DNA of 64,000 nt from Candidatus Latescibacterota bacterium. Its GTDB lineage: Bacteria > Latescibacterota > UBA2968. The DNA is taken from assembly GCA_965207885.1 (NCBI GenBank), contig OZ242311.1, positions 6,164,722-6,228,721 on the forward strand, in the 5' to 3' direction. Below, one piece after another: positions 38,399-55,800 of this stretch. A program made the position numbers and the translations under genes. The notes under the pieces were generated by a model. The model was given only the letters and a program-made list of their open reading frames with translations. It was not told the origin of the DNA and searched no databases. Position 1 is the first letter of the stretch. Every line of letters begins with the position of its first letter.

Positions 38399-38688
38399 TG
38401 ACACACGCAGAATTAAAAATGAAGGCTCTCGCAGACCCCGAAACCAGGGCAGAGTATGAAGCTCAAAAACCTGAGTTTGAATTGCTCGACAAGCTGTTAG
38501 AAGCCCGAAAACGCGCTGGTCTGACCCAGGAACAGGTCGCCGAGAAGATGGGCACCAAAGCAACGGCAATCACCCGCTTAGAGTCTGCGAATAGCAATCA
38601 CTCGCCATCTGTTCACACGCTGCAAAAATTCGCTGAAGCTGTCGGCTGTCAGCTCAAAATTGAACTGATACCCCACAGTACGCGATAA
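38395..38688 (+). CDS. XRE-HTH antitoxin
   Basis: ARKRAGLTQEQVAEKMGT...RLES; ATGA overlap with the toxin. Confidence 0.88.
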   Translation: MMTHAELKMKALADPETRAEYEAQKPEFELLDKLLEARKRAGLTQEQVAEKMGTKATAITRLESANSNHSPSVHTLQKFAEAVGCQLKIELIPHSTR

Positions 38689-38846
38689 ACGTTTGTATCT
38701 CTCGCTTGCGGATCTCGATCGCTCGGGCGGCATCACGCTTACACACAAAATAGGTCCGTCGCCAGTTGCTCACAAAAATACCGCCCTCCCGATATAGGAG
38801 AGCGGCATAGGATGGATTGGTGCTATGAACCGACGCCTGTATTCTT

Positions 38847-39149
38847 CTATCCCTTCAGTTCCACAATAATATTCCGCCAGGGTCCATCCCCCACATTGAT
38901 AGCCTCGTGTACATCTTCGCCATCGACATCTCGCCATTGCACCTGCCCATCCACCATATCGCGGGCCTCGCGTTTGACACCATCTGACGAGACACCCTGG
39001 AGCTTTCCCCCGCCGATAACCACGTACAAATAGTCATTCTCGTGCCGGTGCATGCCCGTACTCTCGCCCGGGGCAAGCGCGAGATCCCAAACGCGCACGC
39101 GGTCGTTTTCAAAAAGCAATTTGGTACCAATATCTTCAGATATATTCAT
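38847..39149 (-). CDS. Cupin-domain protein
   Basis: ENDRVRVW...PGESTGMHRH...HEAINVG; GGAG SD. Confidence 0.85.
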   Translation of the reverse strand: MNISEDIGTKLLFENDRVRVWDLALAPGESTGMHRHENDYLYVVIGGGKLQGVSSDGVKREARDMVDGQVQWRDVDGEDVHEAINVGDGPWRNIIVELKG

Positions 39150-39323
39150 GGCTTCGATCTCCTGTGGATAAGTGGTCTATTAAAAAAAATTTACTGATAT
39201 GTTTTCTGATAGACTGGATTGCGGCTCAACATCATGCCGCAATGACACCCCTCGTTTGTCACTCCTGCGAAAGCAGGAGTCCAGTGGATTAACACAAAAA
39301 ACTTATTTGACAAAACAAATTAG

Positions 39324-42465
<3,142 letters not shown>

Positions 42466-42476
<11 letters not shown>

Positions 42477-43452
42477 CGCTCATCGCCGCGCCAACCTCCC
42501 GCGCAACCCGGGGGCGACGCAACTTCCAGATCATGCCATCGTAAATAAAATGCATAAACGACGTGCCATACGTAAAAACGAGAAAAATCGGAAGAGAAAG
42601 AAATTTGAGGCCATATAACAAGCCGCTGACCACAACAATAAAACCCGCAGTATAGGGCACAATACGCTTTCCCGCCCGCGTCAGCACAGGCGACGCAAAC
42701 GCATCGAGTTTTGCCTTATTGTGAACCGTAAGCGCGACAAGGGCGATATATTCCGCGGCATGGCTAAAGCTGGTCGCAATAAAAAGCGCGTCTGCAGATA
42801 AAATGGGCACAACGCCATACATGAACGCGACCGAAGCAAAAAAAAGCAATTTGGGCCAGTTGAGCTGCGCGCTCCGAAACTCGTAGATAAGCCATGCAAT
42901 AGTAACAGCAATAGCAGCGACATAGATCCCTTGCGCACCCACCTGCGGAAGCGGCGTCCCGATAAGCGTATGCAAATAATGCATAACGCGACCTTCGACA
43001 TCGGCCTGAAACGCAAACAGATACCCAAAACCCGCAATGCCCCAGAGATACGAAGTATAGGCATCGAGCTGTTTGTGCCCCCATTGTCCCTTGCCGGAAT
43101 AAATCCGCAAAATGCCGTACTTTTGACGGACAAAATGGAAATAATTAAAAAGATACCAGAACGCGAACATCTCGGGCTCTTCAACCCGAAAATAATAACA
43201 CAAGGCGACAAACCCCAGACACAGCACCGGGGTAATGAGATAAATCAGCCGCCGACGTTCAAATTCAATGCGATCGAGATAAACGAGAGGAAAAGTGAAA
43301 TACCGGTGGGCAACAAATGACGTAACCGCAATGAGACGGAATGTCTCACTGAGGTCAGGGAGCAGATAAGGAGCGGCAAAAAAGACCAGCCATCCGAGCG
43401 AAATACAGCACAAATCGACAGATGGGGAAATAATCCAGTGAGATTTGTTCAT
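42466..43452 (-). CDS. Polytopic membrane protein with conserved His motifs
   Basis: Multiple TM segments; AHRYFT, FHFVRQKYG, MHFIYDGMIWK. Start placed at MNKSHW. Confidence 0.7.
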
Positions 43453-43831
43453 GGCACATTTATTATAGGAGCGCAGAAGAAATTTTTTTTGAATAACAGA
43501 GTGTGTCAAAAGCAAGTATAGATTGCCTATACTTGTTGCTTTGGTGGGTACCTTATCAGCATGTAATCCCGTGTGAAATTTATGAATAAAAGAAACTTGC
43601 GTTCGGTAGTAGGCATCCCTATATTTCTTTTCAGGCACTCAAGCAGTAAAAATCGATCCTACACGGGTGTTTCGATACCCGTTTATCAGCATGGTTCCCA
43701 GACGCAGCGGTATGGAAATGGTCGCCCTGCTCAATGTGGTATTATACCACTTTCGGGATCTATTTGGAAGTCAATAATTTTGATTGTTCTTGTACAATAA
43801 AAATGACTTTAACTAAACCTATTAAAAACAA

Positions 43832-46800
43832 ATGTTTACCCCCCCCCCTCCCATAATCCGCTCGAACTGGGAAAAACACCTCCCACCCAAACCGGATAAG
43901 CAGACGTGCTTTGCTCAGGGTGAATGCCCAAAGAGCGTCGTTGGCACGACCCGGACAGCTTCACGAGAAGCCAACGGGTGCAAAATTATCCTTTCTTTTT
44001 TTGTATTTCTGATTTTCATAGCCTTCGGCTCAATACCCGCAAAAGCGCAATCATTCTCTATCGCAGATGTAAGTGTCACCGAAGGCAGTGCAGCCACGTT
44101 CACCGTGACCCGGAGTGGTGCGACAGGTACGACGGTCTCTGTCAAATGGAACACTGCCAATGATGCCAGTGGCACAGACCCGGCAGAAGCCAATGACTAC
44201 ACAGCACAGACGAGCAAGCAGACATTGAGCTTTGGTGCGAATGATGCTATTAAGACCTTCACGGTTGCCACGACGAATGATGCTGTAGATGAAGGTGATG
44301 AGACCTTCCTTGTCCAACTGAGTGAGGCCAGCGCAGGCACATCAATCACCGATGCAGAGGCCGTAGGGACAATCACGGATAATGATACGAAAGGTGTGAC
44401 AGTAGTGCCGACAAGTGTGACCGTGACGGAAGCGGCAGGCACCACACGCACGGCGACTTATACGGTGGTGCTAACTTCACAGCCTACGGGCAGCGTGACT
44501 GTGGCAGTAGCCAGTGATGATACAGATGCGGCGACGGTGGATGAGTCCCGTTTGACCTTCTCGATAAGCACCTGGAGCACGGCGCAGACGGTTACAGTGA
44601 CAGGTGTAGATAATCAGCTTGATGATGGAGCCAGCCGCAGTGCAACGGTTGAACACACCGTCAGTGGTGCGGACTATGCAGGTGTAGATGCTTCAGATGT
44701 GGATGTGACAGTGACAGATGACGATGCAGCACCTACCTTCTCTATTGCAGATGCAACCGTCCGAGAAGGCAGTGCAGCCACGTTCAACGTAACCCGCAAT
44801 GGTGCGACAGGCACGACAGTCTCTGTCAAGTGGAACACTGCCAATGATGCCAGTGGTACAGACCCGGCAGAGGCCAATGACTACACAGCACAGACGAGCA
44901 AGCAGACGTTGAACTTTGCGATAGGCGATGAGATTAAGACGCTTAGTGTCCAGACGACTACTGATGCAGTGGATGAAGGCAATGAAACGTTCCTTGTGGA
45001 ACTGAGTGAGGCCACTGGTGCGACCATCACCGATGCAGAGGCCGTGGGAACCATTACCGATGACGATCACGCCGCTATACGGGTGAATGACAGCTCAACC
45101 TTTGTCGGTGAGAGCCTCTCCCGCCCTCATACAGTGTGGCTAACTTCCGAGCCGACCGACGATGTTACCGTTACCATTACCATGACGGATGTGGACGAGA
45201 ATTTTCTCACCGTGTCTCCAGAGGAGTTCACCTTCACGACGCAAAACTGGAATATAGCCCAGACGGTCACCGTTACGCCCGTAGACGACGACGTTTTCCG
45301 TAGCTTTCCGTGGCGTAGTTTTACGTACACGGCGGCGGGCGGCGGATACGACGGCAAAACACATATAGTTGAAGTGCAAATTTGGGATAACGACCTATGG
45401 GAGTGGAAAACCTATCCCGAAGCTTCCATACAAGATGAAAGTTTCGGTCTGCGCCCGGCTAGTTTTGAGACCTCATTAATTTACACCCTGGAATCCCGCA
45501 ATGAGAACCTGGCAACGGTCTCACCGTCATCATTCACCGTCACTCGTACTGGTGACTCTTTTGCTGGAGACTACCCCCAAGAATTCACGGTGACCATACT
45601 CGACAATGACCTCGTGGGAGACCAGACCGTAGAGCTCTTGGGAACGTTTATCCGCCCCTCCCCAACCCACCCCCCAAACTACAGGGTCTTTCCCCCGCTT
45701 TTAATAACAATCACGGACAATGACCGTGGGGTTAGCCTTTCCGCCAATCCGAACCCGGTTCCCGAAGGGTCGAGCGTCACGGTGACGGCGACACTCACCA
45801 GGGCCCTGGCAGATACGGCGGGAACGATCCCGGTGACGATCCCGGTGACGATCCCGGCGGGCACGGCGGAGTCTGGCGATTTCGGTTCGCTCGCCAATAT
45901 TACGATTGCGCGCGGACAGGCATCGGGCACCGGGACCATCTCCATTACTAATGATGCTATAGATGAAATCAATGAGACGTTCTCGGTGGGACTGGGGACA
46001 CTTCCATCGCAGTTTCAGCCGGGAAGCCCCAACTCGGTTGAAGTGACCATTACGGATGATGATACAAAAGGCGTGACAGTAGCTCCGACGAGTCTAACCG
46101 TGACAGAAGCGGCAGGCACCACACGCACGGCAACTTATACGGTGGTGCTGACTTCACAACCTACTGGTAATGTAACAGTAGAAGTCGCCAGTGATGACAC
46201 AGATGCAGCAACGGTGGATGAATCCCGTTTGACCTTTTCGACAAGCACCTGGAGCACGGCGCAGACGGTTACAGTGACGGGAGTGGATAATAATGTAGAT
46301 GATGGAGCCAGTCGTAGTGCAACGGTTGAACACACGGTCAGTGGAGCGGATTATGCATCTGTAGATGCTTCAGATGTGGATGTGACTGTAACCGATGACG
46401 ATGCAGCCCCTACCTTCTCTATTGCAGATGTGAGTGTCACCGAAGGCAGTGCTGCCACGTTCACCGTGACCCGGAGTGGTGCGACAGGTACGACGGTCTC
46501 TGTCAAATGGAACACTGCCAATGATGCCAGTGGCACAGACCCGGCAGAAGCCAATGACTATACGGCGGTCTCTACGAAACAGACACTGAGTTTTGGTGTG
46601 GGTGTAACGAGTCAGACATTTAATGTTCAGACAACGAATGATGCAGTGGATGAAGGTGATGAAACGTTTCTTGTCCAACTGAGCGAGGCCAGCGGTGCGA
46701 CCATCACAGACGCAGAGGCCGTAGGAACCATTACGGATGATGACACAAAAGGTGTGACGGTAGATCCTACAAGTCTGACCGTGACGGAAGCGGCAGGCAC

Positions 46801-49800
46801 CACACGCACGGCAACCTATACGGTGGTGCTGACCTCACAGCCGACGGGCAGTGTGACTGTGGCAGTAGAAAGTGATGACACAGATGCAGCAACGGTGGAT
46901 GAATCAACATTGACCTTCTCGACAAGCACCTGGAGCACAGCACAGACGGTTACAGTGACGGGAGTAGATAATAATGTAGATGATGGAGCCAGTCGTAGTG
47001 CGACGATTGAACACACGGTCAGTGGAGCGGACTATGCATCTGTAGATGCTTCAGATGTGGATGTGACTGTGACCGATGACGATGCAGCCCCTACCTTCTC
47101 TATTGCAGATGTGAGTGTCACCGAAGGCAGTGCTGCCACGTTCACCGTGACCCGGAGTGGTGCGACAGGTACGACGGTCTCTGTCAAATGGAACACTGCC
47201 AATGATGGTGATGGTGATGATCCAGCAGAGGCCAATGACTACACAGCACAAACAACGAAACAGACATTGAACTTTGGTGTGGGTATAACGAGTCTAACGT
47301 TTAATGTTCAGACAACTGCGGATTCTGTGGATGAGGATGATGAGACGTTCCTTGTGCAATTAAGCGAGGCCACTGGTGCGACCATCACCACAGCGACAGC
47401 GACTGGCACTATTACCGATAATGATACAAAAGGTGTGACGGTAGATCCTACAAGTCTGACCGTAACAGAAGCGGCAGGCAATACACGCACGGCAACTTAT
47501 ACGGTGGTGCTGACTTCGCAACCTACTGGCAATGTAACAGTAGAAGTCGCCAGCGACGATACAGATATAGCGACGGTGGATGAGTCCCGTTTGACCTTCT
47601 CGACAAGCAACTGGAGCACGGCGCAGACGGTTACAGTAACAGGAGTAGATAATAATGTAGATGATGGAGCCAGTCGTAGTGCGACGATTGAACACACGGT
47701 CAGTGGAGCGGACTATGCATCTGTAGATGCTTCAGATGTGGATGTGACTGTGACCGATGACGATGCAGCACCTTCCTTCTCTATCGCAGATGTAAGTGTC
47801 ACCGAAGGTAGTGCAGCCACGTTCACCGTGACCCGGAGTGGTGCGACAGGTACGACGGTCTCTGTCAAATGGAACACTGCCAATGATGCCAGTGGCACAG
47901 ACCCGGCAGAAGCCAATGACTATACGGCGGTCTCTACGAAACAGACACTGAGTTTTGGTGTGGGTGTAACGAGTCAGACATTTAATGTTCAGACAACGAA
48001 TGATGCAGTGGATGAAGGTGATGAAACGTTTCTTGTCCAACTGAGCGAGGCCAGCGGTGCGACCATCACAGACGCAGAGGCCGTAGGAACCATTACGGAT
48101 GATGACACAAAAGGTGTGACGGTAGATCCTACAAGTCTGACCGTGACGGAAGCGGCAGGCACCACACGCACGGCAACCTATACGGTGGTGCTGACCTCAC
48201 AGCCGACGGGCAGTGTGACTGTGGCAGTAGAAAGTGATGACACAGATGCAGCAACGGTGGATGAATCAACATTGACCTTCTCGACAAGCACCTGGAGCAC
48301 AGCACAGACGGTTACAGTGACGGGAGTGGATAATAATGTAGATGATGGAGCCAGTCGTAGTGCGACGATTGAAAATGAGGTCAGTGGTGCAGATTATGCA
48401 TCTGTGGAGGCTTCAGATGTGACTGTGACTGTGACTGATGATGATACGGCTCCCGCGTTTTCAATAGGTGATGTGAGTGTCACCGAAGGCAGTGCTGCCA
48501 CGTTCACCGTGACCCGGAGTGGTGCTCTTGGCAGTGTTGCATCCGTGAAGTGGAACACTGCCAATGATGCAAGTGGCACAGACCCAGCAGAAGCCAATGA
48601 CTACACAGCACAGACGAGCAAGCAGACATTGAGCTTTGGTGCGAATGATGCTATTAAGACCTTCACGGTTGCCACGACGAATGATGCAGTGGATGAAGGT
48701 GATGAAACGTTTCTTGTCCAACTGAGCGAGGCCACTGGTGCAACCATCTCCGATGCAGAGGCCGTGGGAACCATTACGGATAATGATACAAAAGGTGTGA
48801 CGGTAGCTCCTACGAGTCTGACCGTGACAGAAGCAGCAGGCAGTACACGCACGGCGACTTATACAGTGGTGCTGACCTCACAGCCGACGGGCAGTGTGAC
48901 AGTAGAAGTCGCCAGCGATGACACAGACGCAGCGACGGTGGATGAGTCCCGTTTGACCTTCTCGACAAGTACCTGGAGCACAGCACAGACGGTTACAGTA
49001 ACAGGAGTAGATAATAATGTAGATGATGGAGCCAGTCGTAGTGCGACGATTGAACACACGGTCAGTGGAGCGGACTATGCATCTGTAGATGCTTCAGATG
49101 TGGATGTGACTGTGACCGATGACGATGCAGCCCCTACCTTCTCTATTGCAGATGTGAGTGTCACCGAAGGCAGTGCTGCCACGTTCACCGTGACCCGGAG
49201 TGGTGCGACAGGTACGACGGTCTCTGTCAAATGGAACACTGCCAATGATGGTGATGGTGATGATCCAGCAGAGGCCAATGACTACACAGCACAAACAACG
49301 AAACAGACATTGAACTTTGGTGTGGGTATAACGAGTCTAACGTTTAATGTTCAGACAACTGCGGATTCTGTGGATGAGGATGATGAGACGTTCCTTGTGC
49401 AATTAAGCGAGGCCACTGGTGCGACCATCACCACAGCGACAGCGACTGGCACTATTACCGATAATGATACAAAAGGTGTGACGGTAGATCCTACAAGTCT
49501 GACCGTAACAGAAGCGGCAGGCAATACACGCACGGCAACTTATACGGTGGTGCTGACTTCGCAACCTACTGGCAATGTAACAGTAGAAGTCGCCAGCGAC
49601 GATACAGATATAGCGACGGTGGATGAGTCCCGTTTGACCTTCTCGACAAGCAACTGGAGCACGGCGCAGACGGTTACAGTAACAGGAGTAGATAATAATG
49701 TAGATGATGGAGCCAGTCGTAGTGCGACGATTGAACACACGGTCAGTGGAGCGGACTATGCATCTGTAGATGCTTCAGATGTGGATGTGACTGTGACCGA

Positions 49801-52800
49801 TGACGATGCAGCACCTTCCTTCTCTATCGCAGATGTAAGTGTCACCGAAGGTAGTGCAGCCACGTTCACCGTGACCCGGAGTGGTGCGACAGGTACGACG
49901 GTCTCTGTCAAATGGAACACTGCCAATGATGCCAGTGGCACAGACCCGGCAGAAGCCAATGACTATACGGCGGTCTCTACGAAACAGACACTGAGTTTTG
50001 GTGTGGGTGTAACGAGTCAGACATTTAATGTTCAGACAACGAATGATGCAGTGGATGAAGGTGATGAAACGTTTCTTGTCCAACTGAGCGAGGCCAGCGG
50101 TGCGACCATCACAGACGCAGAGGCCGTAGGAACCATTACGGATGATGACACAAAAGGTGTGACGGTAGATCCTACAAGTCTGACCGTGACGGAAGCGGCA
50201 GGCACCACACGCACGGCAACCTATACGGTGGTGCTGACCTCACAGCCGACGGGCAGTGTGACTGTGGCAGTAGAAAGTGATGACACAGATGCAGCAACGG
50301 TGGATGAATCAACATTGACCTTCTCGACAAGCACCTGGAGCACAGCACAGACGGTTACAGTGACGGGAGTGGATAATAATGTAGATGATGGAGCCAGTCG
50401 TAGTGCGACGATTGAAAATGAGGTCAGTGGTGCAGATTATGCATCTGTGGAGGCTTCAGATGTGACTGTGACTGTGACTGATGATGATACGGCTCCCGCG
50501 TTTTCAATAGGTGATGTGAGTGTCACCGAAGGCAGTGCTGCCACGTTCACCGTGACCCGGAGTGGTGCTCTTGGCAGTGTTGCATCCGTGAAGTGGAACA
50601 CTGCCAATGATGCAAGTGGCACAGACCCAGCAGAAGCCAATGACTACACAGCACAGACGAGCAAGCAGACATTGAGCTTTGGTGCGAATGATGCTATTAA
50701 GACCTTCACGGTTGCCACGACGAATGATGCAGTGGATGAAGGTGATGAAACGTTTCTTGTCCAACTGAGCGAGGCCACTGGTGCAACCATCTCCGATGCA
50801 GAGGCCGTGGGAACCATTACGGATAATGATACAAAAGGTGTGACGGTAGCTCCTACGAGTCTGACCGTGACAGAAGCAGCAGGCAGTACACGCACGGCGA
50901 CTTATACAGTGGTGCTGACCTCACAGCCGACGGGCAGTGTGACAGTAGAAGTCGCCAGCGATGACACAGACGCAGCGACGGTGGATGAGTCCCGTTTGAC
51001 CTTCTCGACAAGTACCTGGAGCACAGCACAGACGGTTACAGTAACAGGAGTAGATAATAATGTAGATGATGGAGCCAGTCGTAGTGCGACGATTGAACAC
51101 ACGGTCAGTGGAGCGGACTATGCATCTGTAGATGCTTCAGATGTGGATGTGACTGTGACCGATGACGATGCAGCCCCTACCTTCTCTATTGCAGATGTGA
51201 GTGTCACCGAAGGCAGTGCTGCCACGTTCACCGTGACCCGGAGTGGTGCGACAGGTACGACGGTCTCTGTCAAATGGAACACTGCCAATGATGGTGATGG
51301 TGATGATCCAGCAGAGGCCAATGACTACACAGCACAAACAACGAAACAGACATTGAACTTTGGTGTGGGTATAACGAGTCTAACGTTTAATGTTCAGACA
51401 ACTGCGGATTCTGTGGATGAGGATGATGAGACGTTCCTTGTGCAATTAAGCGAGGCCACTGGTGCGACCATCACCACAGCGACAGCGACTGGCACTATTA
51501 CCGATAATGATACAAAAGGTGTGACGGTAGATCCTACAAGTCTGACCGTAACAGAAGCGGCAGGCAATACACGCACGGCAACTTATACGGTGGTGCTGAC
51601 TTCGCAACCTACTGGCAATGTAACAGTAGAAGTCGCCAGCGACGATACAGATATAGCGACGGTGGATGAGTCCCGTTTGACCTTCTCGACAAGCAACTGG
51701 AGCACGGCGCAGACGGTTACAGTAACAGGAGTAGATAATAATGTAGATGATGGAGCCAGTCGTAGTGCAACGATTGACCACGAGGTCAGTGGAGCGGACT
51801 ATGCATCTGTGGAGGCTTCAGATGTAGATGTGACTGTAACCGATGACGATGCAGCCCCTACCTTCTCTATTGCAGATGTGAGTGTCACCGAAGGCAGTGC
51901 TGCCACGTTCACCGTGACCCGGAGTGGTGCGACAGGTACGACGGTCTCTGTCAAATGGAACACCGCCAATGATGCCAGTGGCACAGACCCAGCAGAAGCC
52001 AATGACTACACAGCACAAACAACGAAGCAGACATTGAACTTTGCGATAGGCGATGCTATTAAGACCTTCACGGTTGCCACGACGAATGATGCAGTGGATG
52101 AAGGTGATGAAACGTTTCTTGTCCAACTGAGCGAGGCCACTGGTGCAACCATCTCCGATGCAGAGGCCGTGGGAACCATTACGGATAATGATACAAAAGG
52201 TGTGACGGTAGCTCCTACGAGTCTGACCGTGACAGAAGCAGCAGGCAGTACACGCACGGCGACTTATACAGTGGTGCTGACCTCACAGCCGACGGGCAGT
52301 GTGACTGTGGCAGTAGAAAGTGATGACACAGATGCAGCAACGGTGGATGAATCAACATTGACCTTCTCGACAAGCACCTGGAGCACAGCACAGACGGTTA
52401 CAGTGACGGGAGTGGATAATAATGTAGATGATGGAGCCAGTCGTAGTGCGACGATTGAACACACGGTCAGTGGAGCGGACTATGCATCTGTAGATGCTTC
52501 AGATGTAGATGTGACTGTAACCGATGACGATGCAGCCCCTACCTTCTCTATTGCAGATGTGAGTGTCACCGAAGGCAGTGCTGCCACGTTCACCGTGACC
52601 CGGAGTGGTGCGACAGGTACGACGGTCTCTGTCAAATGGAACACTGCCAATGATGGTGATGGTGATGATCCAGCAGAGGCCAATGACTACACAGCACAAA
52701 CAACGAAGCAGACATTGAACTTTGCGATAGGCGATGCTATTAAGACCTTCACGGTTGCCACGACGAATGATGCAGTGGATGAAGGTGATGAAACGTTTCT

Positions 52801-55800
52801 TGTCCAACTGAGCGAGGCCACTGGTGCAACCATCTCCGATGCAGAGGCCGTGGGAACCATTACGGATAATGATACAAAAGGTGTGACGGTAGCTCCTACG
52901 AGTCTGACCGTGACAGAAGCAGCAGGCAGTACACGCACGGCGACTTATACAGTGGTGCTGACCTCACAGCCGACGGGCAGTGTGACTGTGGCAGTAGAAA
53001 GTGATGACACAGATGCAGCAACGGTGGATGAATCAACATTGACCTTCTCGACAAGCACCTGGAGCACAGCACAGACGGTTACAGTGACGGGAGTGGATAA
53101 TAATGTAGATGATGGAGCCAGTCGTAGTGCGACGATTGAACACACGGTCAGTGGAGCGGACTATGCATCTGTAGATGCTTCAGATGTAGATGTGACTGTA
53201 ACCGATGACGATGCAGCCCCTACCTTCTCTATTGCAGATGTGAGTGTCACCGAAGGCAGTGCTGCCACGTTCACCGTGACCCGGAGTGGTGCGACAGGTA
53301 CGACGGTCTCTGTCAAATGGAACACTGCCAATGATGGTGATGGTGATGATCCAGCAGAGGCCAATGACTACACAGCACAAACAACGAAACAGACATTGAA
53401 CTTTGGTGTGGGTATAACGAGTCAGACATTTAATGTTCAGACAACGAATGATGCAGTGGATGAAGGTGATGAAACGTTTCTTGTCCAACTGAGCGAGGCC
53501 AGCGGTGCGACCATCACAGACGCAGAGGCCGTAGGAACCATTACGGATGATGACACAAAAGGTGTGACGGTAGATCCTACAAGTCTGACCGTGACGGAAG
53601 CGGCAGGCACCACACGCACGGCAACCTATACGGTGGTGCTGACCTCACAGCCGACGGGCAGTGTGACTGTGGCAGTAGAAAGTGATGACACAGATGCAGC
53701 AACGGTGGATGAATCAACATTGACCTTCTCGACAAGCACCTGGAGCACAGCACAGACGGTTACAGTGACGGGAGTAGATAATAATGTAGATGATGGAGCC
53801 AGTCGTAGTGCGACGATTGAACACACGGTCAGTGGAGCGGACTATGCATCTGTAGATGCTTCAGATGTGGATGTGACTGTGACCGATGACGATGCAGCCC
53901 CTACCTTCTCTATTGCAGATGTGAGTGTCACCGAAGGCAGTGCTGCCACGTTCACCGTGACCCGGAGTGGTGCGACAGGTACGACGGTCTCTGTCAAATG
54001 GAACACTGCCAATGATGGTGATGGTGATGATCCAGCAGAGGCCAATGACTACACAGCACAAACAACGAAACAGACATTGAACTTTGGTGTGGGTATAACG
54101 AGTCTAACGTTTAATGTTCAGACAACTGCGGATTCTGTGGATGAGGATGATGAGACGTTCCTTGTGCAATTAAGCGAGGCCACTGGTGCGACCATCACCA
54201 CAGCGACAGCGACTGGCACTATTACCGATAATGATACAAAAGGTGTGACGGTAGATCCTACAAGTCTGACCGTAACAGAAGCGGCAGGCAATACACGCAC
54301 GGCAACTTATACGGTGGTGCTGACTTCGCAACCTACTGGCAATGTAACAGTAGAAGTCGCCAGCGACGATACAGATATAGCGACGGTGGATGAGTCCCGT
54401 TTGACCTTCTCGACAAGCAACTGGAGCACGGCGCAGACGGTTACAGTAACAGGAGTAGATAATAATGTAGATGATGGAGCCAGTCGTAGTGCGACGATTG
54501 AACACACGGTCAGTGGAGCGGACTATGCATCTGTAGATGCTTCAGATGTGGATGTGACTGTGACCGATGACGATGCAGCACCTTCCTTCTCTATCGCAGA
54601 TGTAAGTGTCACCGAAGGTAGTGCAGCCACGTTCACCGTGACCCGGAGTGGTGCGACAGGTACGACGGTCTCTGTCAAATGGAACACTGCCAATGATGCC
54701 AGTGGCACAGACCCGGCAGAAGCCAATGACTATACGGCGGTCTCTACGAAACAGACACTGAGTTTTGGTGTGGGTGTAACGAGTCAGACATTTAATGTTC
54801 AGACAACGAATGATGCAGTGGATGAAGGTGATGAAACGTTTCTTGTCCAACTGAGCGAGGCCAGCGGTGCGACCATCACAGACGCAGAGGCCGTAGGAAC
54901 CATTACGGATGATGACACAAAAGGTGTGACGGTAGATCCTACAAGTCTGACCGTGACGGAAGCGGCAGGCACCACACGCACGGCAACCTATACGGTGGTG
55001 CTGACCTCACAGCCGACGGGCAGTGTGACTGTGGCAGTAGAAAGTGATGACACAGATGCAGCAACGGTGGATGAATCAACATTGACCTTCTCGACAAGCA
55101 CCTGGAGCACAGCACAGACGGTTACAGTGACGGGAGTGGATAATAATGTAGATGATGGAGCCAGTCGTAGTGCGACGATTGAAAATGAGGTCAGTGGTGC
55201 AGATTATGCATCTGTGGAGGCTTCAGATGTGACTGTGACTGTGACTGATGATGATACGGCTCCCGCGTTTTCAATAGGTGATGTGAGTGTCACCGAAGGC
55301 AGTGCTGCCACGTTCACCGTGACCCGGAGTGGTGCTCTTGGCAGTGTTGCATCCGTGAAGTGGAACACTGCCAATGATGCAAGTGGCACAGACCCAGCAG
55401 AAGCCAATGACTACACAGCACAGACGAGCAAGCAGACATTGAGCTTTGGTGCGAATGATGCTATTAAGACCTTCACGGTTGCCACGACGAATGATGCAGT
55501 GGATGAAGGTGATGAAACGTTTCTTGTCCAACTGAGCGAGGCCACTGGTGCAACCATCTCCGATGCAGAGGCCGTGGGAACCATTACGGATAATGATACA
55601 AAAGGTGTGACGGTAGCTCCTACGAGTCTGACCGTGACAGAAGCAGCAGGCAGTACACGCACGGCGACTTATACAGTGGTGCTGACCTCACAGCCGACGG
55701 GCAGTGTGACAGTAGAAGTCGCCAGCGATGACACAGACGCAGCGACGGTGGATGAGTCCCGTTTGACCTTCTCGACAAGTACCTGGAGCACAGCACAGAC

